Made by a program: the position numbers and the translations under genes. The notes beneath the pieces are model-generated. The model was given only the letters and a program-made list of their open reading frames with translations, ran no database searches and was not told the origin of the DNA. DNA of 63,954 bases, counting the filler, from Aduncisulcus paluster (lineage: Eukaryota): the NCBI GenBank assembly GCA_024181965.1. It is 7 parts of 7 records of this genome, joined end to end, with 100 filler letters (N's around TTAATTAATTAA, not from the genome) between each part and the next. Parts side by side here need not be neighbours in the genome. Positions count along the whole stretch, not along the records: positions 1 to 29,433 come from BQXS01011567.1; 6 more parts are not named here. One strand, written 5' to 3'. The stretch's first letter is position 1. Every line of letters starts with the position of its first letter. Shown here one piece after another: positions 1 through 10,644 of this stretch.

Positions 1-552
1 GAACTTAGTGACGCTTCAGAATATATTATTGCTCTTGCCAAAACACTCAGAACTAGGAAGGATATCTTCGAGAAACCAGCTGTCAAGGGGAAGAAGGGCA
101 AGAAAACTCAACCTGCTTCATCCACTGAGGCTGTTCGCACCGCTCATGAGATGAGGATTTACATTGCCAAGACATACCCTGCTTGGCGTGTTCTCTTGTG
201 TACCAAGCTTAGTGAAGTGTTCAACAGTACTTCTGGTAAGTTTGAGACCAAACCCATGGTTATCGCCAAGAGTCTTGTGTCTGGAGGTGAAGTTCACAAG
301 CATGATATCAAGAAGCTCATGCAGTTTGCTGCTCTTGTGATGAAGAGTTCATCCCCTGCCTCCCTCTTAACTACCAAGACTGCCTTTGAAGAGGAGTATG
401 TTCTTGATGCTTACTCTAAAACATTGTGTGAATTGGTCGGAATTGAAAGGATGAGGATAAGCATGAAAGATAATGTTTTGGAGGAGTGTGACGTGGAGAA
501 ACAGAGAGATCTCGCCAAGCCTGGTGCTCCTGCTGTGTTCTTCTCAGAGTAA
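1..552 (+). CDS. LARS1: Cytosolic leucyl-tRNA synthetase, C-terminal part (5' truncated by the window)
   Basis: Frame is open from base 1. The motifs IYIAKTYPAW, KKLMQF, FEEEYVL and terminal KPGAPAVFF match the eukaryotic LeuRS C-terminal pattern (YVAKxYPxW...KKxMPF...FDE..VL...PGKP). Confidence 0.8.
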   Translation, partial: ELSDASEYIIALAKTLRTRKDIFEKPAVKGKKGKKTQPASSTEAVRTAHEMRIYIAKTYPAWRVLLCTKLSEVFNSTSGKFETKPMVIAKSLVSGGEVHKHDIKKLMQFAALVMKSSSPASLLTTKTAFEEEYVLDAYSKTLCELVGIERMRISMKDNVLEECDVEKQRDLAKPGAPAVFFSE

Positions 553-641
553 TATGATTTATTGTTATGTACGCAGTTATCCAATGGGTTACCATCGCAA
601 TGGCGAATTCAATAGTTTTTATGGCTGATGTTTTAGGATCC

Positions 642-2826
642 TTACACAGAGAACCTGGCTACACACCACCCGTTTGAAACATCATAGAACAAATAAATAT
701 CCTTGCATATGTTAAAAAATAGATTGTTGGCTGGATAATGGAGATATTCCTCATGAAGGTGGCTATCATATGTAACAATGTCAGATCCAACTGGATAGAG
801 AGTATCACCATGAAATCTGACATGCTCATCGCCAAGTACTTCCCGCTCAATCTCAGCGGCACAAGACATTTCTTTCTCCCACTCTTGCCCACTCCAAGTA
901 TTGAGAGAGACACCTTCGATGAAAGTGGGGACATGGGATTGTTCGACCACAACCGGCCCATCACTGCCATCTTCACCGGTTGGTGTCGGTTCTGAACAGC
1001 TTGAAGGCATCTTTAATCTACCAACGAAGCACACATCACTCATATAAGGAGATCTGAATTTCTTCACTTCCCTCACATCATAAGGCGCAGTAACTCTCAA
1101 AGTATGGGCTGGCATGAATGAATGTGCAACGACCACGCAGTCATGAGGGACAAGAGCTTGGATATCGGGGTCTAAAGAACGTGGGATCATCATACGAACT
1201 GGGAGAACCATTCGCGTTGTTGGGGGAGGAACAGCAGGCCCACTGGTATCTCCTATCGATTTCTCTCCACCCCACACATGGACCCTATTGAAGAGACAAG
1301 AGGTAAAGTCGAACAATACAGCATAACCACGAGCACCACCAGAGAAAACAACAACCCCACTCTCGTCATGAATCGTGTACGATGTGGGTTCAAAGGAAAA
1401 GGGAGCAGGAGATAAGCAAGGAGTGAGTGCTGATGCACCATGAGTCCAAATATCAGCGAGAGGGGCAGAATAACATACACATGGGAAAGGAAGAGGGAGC
1501 TTTGGATATGACAAATCAGGAGTGGATAGAGATGGAGTCGACCCTTTGGACGCGACATCTACCTTGGTTTCTTTGGTCTTTTGGCGGGATTGTTGCCGTA
1601 TAAATGTATATGTAAAGACTCTGGCATGAAGGGGGGAATCGCAATAATACAAGATCTTCTCCTGACGCCTTTGAGGAATAGCTTTGGGTAACACTTCTGG
1701 TGGTTTAGATTTGGATGATTTCTTCTCTTTTTTCTGTTTTTTTTCAAGTTGATGACGCATTTTGGCCATTTCAGTACAGCATGTGGCCATCTCTTCATCC
1801 CATTCTTTCTTCGCAGTTTTTTGCTCTTGAAGCGTTAAAAATAAGAATAATCGATTATTCCAAACCAAAGGTTGACACATATAGGGAAAAGAAATCGATT
1901 TCACAGCACCAAATAATGATCGGAGCACAACTCGGACATTATTCTCTGTTTTATCACCTCTCCATGTAGTATGATCATGAATATCGGTATAAGTCACAGG
2001 ATTTGTGTGTTTATCTTCCTTTTCAACAGTAATGACACACCGGCTACACTTGTCATAGAAACCAAAATAAGGAAAACCACTCCGAATGAATTTGTTATAC
2101 CGAGCCTTTGGAGACACAATTAAACGTCCCAAACGAACACGTTGACTGCTTAAAACTGGTGCAGAAAGCACATCGTCATGATGAAGGAAATGTTCGAGAG
2201 CATTTGACATTGAATCAGTAACAGAAATTCCAGCCGCTCTTTCTGAGGGTAAAGGGGTGTGAAATCTTGTTGAATATAATCGATGACTCAACGAAGTACT
2301 CGCAGCAAGAACAGTCTTATCCAACAATGCATCTTCAGGCGAGGTTAAAGCGCGTTGGCATTGTGAAATTGAATTGGCAATAGATTCAAGTCTATCATAT
2401 AGATTAATCTCACCGCAAATATAAGCTGATAATAACAATTCTTTCTTTTCATCGGCAGCAAAATCGGGATCCCATTTCAAGTCTTCAGAAGAAACCGATG
2501 ATTCTTCCATCAAACTAGTCTTTTTTTGAATAACACTTTCTAATTTCTCTCGAATTGTTTGTTTATGTTTTTCCAACATATCATTATGCAAACGAAGGGT
2601 GGGGAGGATAAATCTACTAAATGCATCATCAATCATATAAAATGGCCCATGTCCTTCACATGATGTATCTTTCATACACTGGAAAAGATATTAGAAAAAA
2701 ATGATTTAAAATAGTTTGACTAGAAAAACTGACACATACGATATGACACAAAGGCTTGAAACAAATTAAACAAAAATGTGTAACATTCTCTTCTGGATGT
2801 ATATTACACTTAATTCCGAAATCCAT
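642..2826 (-). CDS. B-box zinc finger + coiled-coil protein; 2 exons (2826-2740, 2678-642)
   Basis: Splicing the phase-0 intron 2739-2679 (GTATGT...CTAAT...CAG) adds MDFGIKCNIHPEENVTHFCLICFKPLCHI, giving a C-x2-H-x8-C-x2-C-x4-C-x2-C B-box-type motif followed by a helical coiled-coil region. Confidence 0.75.
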
Positions 2827-3300
2827 GTAATACTTGTAGTCTTAAATGTGGTCAAACGTGCATCTGTTTTGATTTCGGACGTCATATTCATTTTTGGATG
2901 GAATGAAAGATGTTATTTGTGACATAAAATAAAGGGATGACTATTAATATCTCGTATATTTGGTGTGATCCAACAGGAAGAGGAAAAATTGGGAGAATAC
3001 CCTTCGGGGGGTTTTGAGATGCTTTAGAAATTGGAGTATCAGTATTAATCTTATTTTTAATGCACTTGTTAAATATATCCAATCACGGCAAGCTCTACCG
3101 TGATTGAATTCGTTGAATAAGATGCCTATCAGAATAATAAGATTTCAAAAACAATAAGGAACATAGATCTGAATGCTGATAAACCAAAGGTTTAATTTAT
3201 TTTGATTAACTTTTGACGCAATTTTTAAGACTTTCTCTATTGATTCTAAAATTAGTGTGATTTCGCAAAAACTCACTTTCAGTCTTGGGCTTATTCTATA

Positions 3301-4801
3301 ATGGAGAAGGAAATTACTTCAACCACCCCTGTGACTCCTATCAAGGCGTCCGAGTGGCCGTTGTTGTTAAAGAATTACCATCTCCTTCATACTCGTAGCA
3401 CTCATTTCACCCCCATTGCTGCTGGTTCAACCCCATTATGTCGTCCCATCAATGAATATATTAAATATGGTTGTATCAACCTTGATAAACCTTCTAATCC
3501 TAGTAGTCATGAAGTTGTTGCCTGGATCCGTAAAATTTTACGTGTAGAAAAGACTGGACACTCTGGAACCCTTGATCCATCTGTTACAGGGTGTTTATTG
3601 GTTTGTATTGATAGAGCTACCCGTCTCGTTAAGTCCCAACAAGGTGCAGGAAAAGAATATGTTGCTATCTTGCGCCTTAATGGTATTTTGGAAGAGGCTG
3701 AAAAGAAATTGAAAAAGGAATTATCTTTTTTGACTGCCCCAGTTTTACAGAAACCTCCCCTTCAATCAGCTGTTAAAAAACGTTTGAGGATGAGGACTAT
3801 ATACAAATCCAAACTCCTCGAAGTTGTTCCTGAGAGGCAATTGGCTGTATTTTGGGTCCAATGCCAAGCTGGAACTTACATCCGGACTTTGTGTGAACAC
3901 ATTGGTGCCCTTGTTGGTACTGGTGGTAAAATGGCCGAACTTCGTAGAGTGAAGAGTGGACATCTTGGAGAAGAGGATAACATGGTCAGCATGTATGATG
4001 TATTGGATGCTAAATGGCTTCACGATAACTTTAACGATGAATCATACCTCCGTCGTGTTATTCAACCTCTTGAATCCTTGCTCGTTCATTACAAACGTCT
4101 TGTCGTGAAGGATAGTTGTGTTAACTCTTTGTGCTATGGAGCTCCTCTGCTTATTCAGGGTCTTTTGCGTTTTGAGAGTGGAATTGAAACTGGTGATGAG
4201 GTTGTTATCATGACTACTCGTGGTGAGGCTGTTGCGATTGGTATCAGCCAAATGACGACTGTTCATATGGCCACTGTTGATGGTGGGCGTGTAGCTCGTG
4301 TTAAACGTGTCATTATGAGTCGTGATACTTATCCCAAGCGTTGGGGGCTGGGTCCAGTTGCCAAGCTTCGTAAGAAGATGATCGCTGATGGTCTTCTCGA
4401 CAAGTATGGGAAAAAGAATGAGAAAACTCCCAAGGAATGGGATGATCGGTTTAAAGAATATAGTAACGCCAAGGATGTTCACTTTGCTATGGTAATGAAG
4501 GAAGAAGAAGACAAAGAGAAGAAAACCCCTGAAAAGGTCCTTGAAAAAGAAGTTCCTGCCGTTAAAGTCGAAGAACAGGAGGTGAAGCAAGAGGAAGAAG
4601 AGGTAAAGGAAGAAGAAAAGGAAGTGAAGGAAGAAGAAGAAAAAAAGGAGAAGAAAGAAAAGAAGGATAAAGAAGAAGAAGAAGGATAAATCTGAAAAGG
4701 ACAAGAAAGAGAAGAAACACAAAAAGGAAAAGAAGGACAAAAAATCTGGTAAAAGAAGAAGTGGAGATGATGAATTGGCTAAACCATCTAAAAAGCATTG
4801 A
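3301..4801 (+). CDS. DKC1: H/ACA RNP pseudouridine synthase Cbf5/dyskerin; ORF stops at 4689 but the KKE/D tail continues in the +1 frame to TGA at 4799-4801
   Basis: [20 protein letters not shown] (catalytic Asp), [11 protein letters not shown] domain, YPKRWGLGP and a charged tail. Confidence 0.96.
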
Positions 4802-5088
4802 GAGGACACTGTTTCCGATCAGAAGCAGTGTGCTTAACTTTTCTTAAATATTTTCAAATCAAATAAACAAATATCTCTTTTTGTTTTTCAAAAACAACGG
4901 GAAGTTCCCGTTTCCCAAAAATCAACCACTATTACACGAGCTATTTTCAAAGAATTCAATTAAGAATGCTACAAAATATAATCCCTTCGATGTTTAAATG
5001 CATATTTGTTTTTGATTTATTCATAAAAATGAAATCAATCACTGGATTTGTCTTTCTCTGCAGATACGAATAATATACATTTTAACAT

Positions 5089-5783
5089 ATGGTATTTTGG
5101 GATTTTGTGAAGAGTTTATTCTCAAGAAGAAAGAGAGAAGTCAAAATTCTGTTTTTAGGACTTGATGGTGCTGGAAAGGTACGTTCATGCATTTGTTCAA
5201 ATAGTATACGCTTATAATTGAGTATTTTACTCATTAATATATATTATTTTATAATTTAATAACATATTATACCTGGCACTGCTCTCATTAAATTGCTATT
5301 CCCACCGATTTTTTCTATTTTCAGACTACCATTGTAACAAAATTATGCGGTCGTGATGTTTCTTTAGTCCAACCTACAGAGGGTTTTAATGCAAAAACCA
5401 TTTCAATGTCTGGTATTTCTATGAACATTTGGGATATTGGAGGTCAAGCAAAAATCAGACCTTATTGGCGTCACTATTTTGAAGGGTGCGAAGGGTTGGT
5501 CTTTGTTGTTGACTCAAGTGATAGAGAAAGAATGGAAGAAACTGGTGATGAGCTTAATTCCCTTCTTGAAACTGCTGAACTTTCAGGAGTTCCTCTTCTC
5601 GTTTTCGCCAATAAGCAAGATCTTGTCACAGCCTATGAGGCAGCTGAGATATGCAAACTTCTTGAATTAGAAGAGATTGAATCTTCTAGGCCTTGGAGAA
5701 TTCAGGATTCTTCCGCTAAAAGAGGGACAGGTTTGGAAGAGGGTATGTCCTGGTTATTAGATAAAATTAAAGGTACCAAGTAA
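5089..5783 (+). CDS. ARL3: Arf-like GTPase Arl3; 2 exons (5089-5178, 5325-5783)
   Basis: Intron 5179-5324 (GTACGT...TCAG) splits the P-loop GLDGAGK|TT. PTEGFN, WDIGGQAKIRPYWRHYFE, ETGDEL and NKQD match Arl3/Arl2, with Arl3 closer. Confidence 0.85.
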
Positions 5784-6078
5784 TAATAGTGTATGTATTT
5801 CAAGAATTGAATTAATAAATTGGATTTGATGCTCATAACACTTTATTCACGCTTATCGGATGTTTTCTTGCGAGTCTATGAATATATGAGGAAAATAACG
5901 AAATCCAGACTCCCATATTCCATCATGGATATTACTGTATATGGAATTACAGGTACTAAAGGAAGAATAGTTACTACTTCCGAAAAAAAGGGTTCTAAGA
6001 AGTATGTTACTTTTATAACACTATATTTTTTATATTATTAGATTATAATTAACCATATTATTTATTTGTCTTGTTTTT

Positions 6079-9000
6079 ATGATTAGGGATCACAAGTCAG
6101 CATTATTGGCTCAAGTTCAATCATTCAACTCACTTCCCATTCCTATTCTTCCATTTAAGTGGTTAGAATTACTGTCTGAATTTATTCGTGCAGCATTAGA
6201 ACCGTATTTAGATCGTCTTCCACAGAAAATTCTTCCTTTGTCTCCCTCTGCAGAAGAGATGGTTTTAGGTCAATTTTCGTATATTAAAGCATTTCAAGAG
6301 GAAGCTTTCCATACATCCATGGAAAAAGTGTCATCTATTCCAAAGATAAGATCAATTCCAGAGAACAACCCCATCAATCTTCTTCAGAGGCTTATGGCTG
6401 CCACTACTGATGGTCTCCGCATTAACACTTTGTGGGATTGCTTAGTTATGATTATGATTTTTCAACAACTTCCACTTTCAGATTCCTTGATGGCTCTGTT
6501 AAATACATTCGTCAAGAAGAATCATCTTTTGCAACGTTCCTTGTTCTTTGTATTCACTGCTCACAGCCTTGGGCAAGAAGCCATCTTACATGAAGCCCAA
6601 TTCGATGGATTAATCGACAGAGAAAGAAAACGCCTTGAAGAAGAGAAGAATCCCGATATCGCCTCAAGTATTGACTCTCGCATCCCNNNNNNNNNNNNNN
6701 NNNNNNACTTCCACTTTCAGATTCCTTGATGGCTCTGTTAAATACATTCGTCAAGAAGAATCATCTTTTGCAACGTTCCTTGTTCTTTGTATTCACTGCT
6801 CACAGCCTTGGGCAAGAAGCCATCTTACATGAAGCCCAATTCGATGGATTAATCGACAGAGAAAGAAAACGCCTTGAAGAAGAGAAGAATCCCGATATCG
6901 CCTCAAGTATTGACTCTCGCATCCCTATTCATGCTTCACCTGATAAAAGACGTCATATATTGAAAGAAGAAAAGGATGATATTAGTGAAATTGAAGTTGA
7001 AACAGAGAAAGATGAAGAGGAAGATGATATCCCAATAACGACTATTGTTACCGATCCAATGTCTTCTCCAGACTACATTACAGAGCATGTTCTCCCATAT
7101 CTTATTCTTCCTGCATCAATTCTCCTTTCTGAGTCAACATTTATGGCTCTCCGTATCGCTCTTCTCATCAAGTGGGATGCTGGAGCTAGTCGTGGGATCC
7201 ATGAAGTAAGAGAGCAGACAGTATCCGCTGCAGTGCGGTTTCTCGATGGTCTATTGTGTTTGTATACTCATACTGACCCAATTGGTGGTGGATGTGATGG
7301 TATGGAGATCAATGAAGCGATTCGTAGGTCAAAATCTGGAATCCGTCGTCGGCAGATAAAACTTCGTGACCAGTCCGGCAATGACATTGACCCCTATACT
7401 TGGCTGTACTCTGTTGATTCAGTCAGAGATGATGTTGGGATGTTCACTAGCAAATGGACGTTCGGTGGAGAGTCGCGATGGGCTAATATTGTCAATCAAT
7501 GGACTGCCATAGAGACTGAAGATGTTGATATTGAGGATAGTGCGAGCGAAGGTGATGATATTGGACCTAAGGAAGAGGATAATGTTGAGGAAGAGGAGGA
7601 GGAAGGTGAAGGGAATGATGATTCTGCCCAGATGTATAAGTCCGATGTTGGAGAGACTCCGTGGTATGTGTATAGTATAGCTAAGCACAAGAAGGATAGA
7701 TATCTCAAACATGGAATGCAGGTGACTTCCTCATCCATTCCTCCATCTCCAGATGCTTCTTTCTCTGTGATGAACTTCCTCTCATCTTCATCTCCACTAG
7801 TTCCGAACGCTGCCTCCTTCTGTGACTGTGTATCTCTTTTGTTTGGAAAGTTACCATCAGGTGGGAGGAAAGCCGTGAAGACAAGAGCTGGGCTTGTCAT
7901 GAAGAGTCTTCATCTAACCAATGAGTATTCAGAATGCGTTAAAGACAGTCAATTGGAAGGGAGTAGTGGGTTTAGGAAGAACAAGAAGAAGCTTTCACAT
8001 CTTTACAACACTCTCTGTGGTATCGACTCAAATCTCACAAGTCTGTGTGTGTCCGTACCTTCATTTGAGAGTCTCTGGGCTCCTTTACAACTCTTATCGA
8101 AGATATGCTGGGAAGACTCCTGTATTAATGGTCTCAAAATTGAGAAAATGGTTGTTCGAAAGCCATCGTGGAAAGGAAAGCGTTCCAAGAAGCGTGTTCC
8201 TCTGTATTACATCTGGGATAGGTGTTCACATGAACTACCTTCCTCTGATTCTGCGTCCACCCCATCCTCAATGTTGCATGTCTGTGGAACTCTGAGCAAA
8301 CTTGTTATCATCCTTCGAGTCCTTGTGTTGTGTGGAGAGGAGATGTTGATGAGATGTATTCACACTTTCTGTTCGTCTAAACTATCTAAAGTGAGGAAAG
8401 AGAAGGGAATGGAAGCCAAATCCTATGAACTTGATGATGAACACTCGGAGAATGACATTACTCTTCTGTGTGAGATTCTTGGGGTATCTAATCTTCGTGA
8501 ATCTCCATTTTCCGCCATTCTTGGTTCTATTATCGCCGCCAGAAAGAAAGATGTCGGACATACTTTGACAAACGCTGATATTCCTTCTGGTGGCCCATCT
8601 GGTGGTTCTGCTCGTGATGTGACTGATGCTAACATGATATCTGCCCTCAACGGTGCTCTGTTGCCATGCGAAGTTCACTCATTCGTTGTACCTTCCCTCG
8701 AGGAGGTCATTCAGAAGAACAAAGAGGAAGAGGCCGATGAAAAGAGGAGGAGGGAATATGCTGAAAGATCTGCAGGGAAGGAAGAAGAGGAGATGGTTGA
8801 AGATCCTCGTGATGTGAAGAGAAGAAAGGATAAAGAACAACTGAACAAAGCGCTTGATGCTGAGAGCTCTCAGATCACTCCATCTGCAATCCTTGGATTA
8901 TTCTGTCCTTCTGTCTCTTCTTTCCATACCATTGGTGCCATATCACTCTCCCCTATATCCTTTTTATCCATTGGGATATGGCTTCTTCGGGCATTCTCAC

Positions 9001-9440
9001 TCCTCCAGGCCTCGCACCACGCGCAGAATCACGGAATTGTTCCTGAGGTCAAGCGGATAACCCTGAACATGCTCAAGCGATTCTTGGTGATCGTTGATGG
9101 CTGTATCATCATTCATGGAGAGAGAATTAGGGCTAGAGAGAAAGAAAGGGAAGAAAGAGAGAAAGAGAAGGAACATAGAAGTAAGAGGGAAAAGGGGAAA
9201 GGTTTGCGCAAGATAATCACTGATGATGATGATGATGATGAAGAGGAGAGTCCTAAGCCAACTACTTCATTGAAATCAATAGTCCTTACCCGTGGAAACT
9301 CAGAGGAGGAATTGTTGGACATATTGAAGATGAATCATGAGAATGCTTTCTGTTCTATTATTGAAGTTAGATCTTTATGTAAGGTCTTGAAAACCGTCAT
9401 TAATGATACAAAAACACCTGATACAAGGGATAGAAGGTGA
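6079..9440 (+). CDS. Large hypothetical protein (~1040 aa), split in the ORF track by a gap with duplicated flanks
   Basis: ORFs 6079-6729 and 6726-9440 share identical sequence (6468-6686 = 6707-6925). Acidic low-complexity tracts; no family recognised. Confidence 0.7.
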
Positions 9441-9718
9441 TTTTCGTTAGTGATGGAGGTTCTTGATAATTTAGTAAATTTTCAAAGGTTTGGATTATAT
9501 TAGATAATAATTATTCCTTCCAATTTCTTTTTGTTGTTGGCGTTACCTAGGACTTTAAATTGTGAATAAATTATAATTGCGACTTTCTTACGGCCTATAC
9601 ACAACGACACAAATAGATCTAAAACAAATTCAGAATCTCTGTTTTCTTGACGATCTCCACTATCTATATTTGATTTTTTGTTTTAAATTATTGTTTTTTA
9701 TTCTTGGCTATCATAATT

Positions 9719-10253
9719 ATGTTTGATAGTTCCGTCCATGAACTTACTTGTTGGGTCAAGGAAAAAACGAAGTGTTGTCAGGATATTTGTAAAGATATTG
9801 ATTCAATTTTTTCAAAATTACTAACAACAAATGTATGTTTGTTTCTTTTGTTTTTTAGTTTTAATTTTTTGTTATTAATTATCTCTTTAGATTATTTTTT
9901 CCCCTTCCTTCCCCCCAATACCTGATTTTGACGCTGACTTGAGGAGGAAATCCGCAATAATTATTCAAAGATCTTGGAGATTATTCCTGCTTCGAAGGAA
10001 AAAACGTGTTCAGAAAGCGCGCCATGCTTTTGCCGTCATAATCCACGGTCAGAAAATCATGCGTGGATACTCATCTTCGTTTTCGATACTTTCATTTGAA
10101 AATCTCAGCGATTTAAAATATAAAACTAGAGACCTTTTCCCAATCAAAGGTACTTTTGAAGCTGCCATGTATTATAGAAATATTCGATTGAAAAGAAAAG
10201 CTCTGTGTCTTTGGATGCTTCGATTTAGTCGAGATATCCTTGAAGTTGAATAA
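9719..10253 (+). CDS. IQ-motif protein (~158 aa); 2 exons (9719-9832, 9891-10253)
   Basis: Phase-0 intron 9833-9890 (GTATGT...TTTAG) joins two ORF pieces in frame. SAIIIQRSWRLFLLRRK is an IQ motif, and a second degenerate one follows (GQKIMRGY). Confidence 0.65.
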
Positions 10254-10644
10254 GTAGCGAACATATAAATACAAAGTATCGACCTCGTTAAGGGACGGGC
10301 GCGAAATTACTACGGAGTAACTTCCTCCGGTAAAAAGTGCCTCCTTCTCTCACATTTCCAGGATTTGTTTTCGTATTTTTATTGATTAGCTTTCGTCAAG
10401 ATAGAGAAAAAATAATTCAAAATGGAGAAACCACGTTGAGAGATTGATTGAAAAAGATCAGAAAATGAGGAATATAATGATTTATATAATATTAATTGTC
10501 CAAAGGAAAGTACAGCATATGTTGTTATAATCGAAATGAATTATTTCAAATGATTATAATATAGAGGCGAGAATAAGAATAAACAAATAATGTTGGAACA
10601 AAATAGAATGCGAGTGTATGTTTCGTAGAAGTCAGATCAAGGGA

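Noticed and set aside
4042..4809. Phe/Leu/Ser-rich antisense ORFs (also 41960-42280, 57238-57534 and others)
   Set aside because: These are shadow frames of GAA/AAG-rich coding sequence on the opposite strand.
6468..6925. Tandem duplications around 20-N gaps (6687, 12378, 13423, 14798, 23055, 24575, 25910, 26848, 58085)
   Set aside because: Every such gap has near-identical flanks, which indicates unmerged contig overlaps rather than gene duplications.
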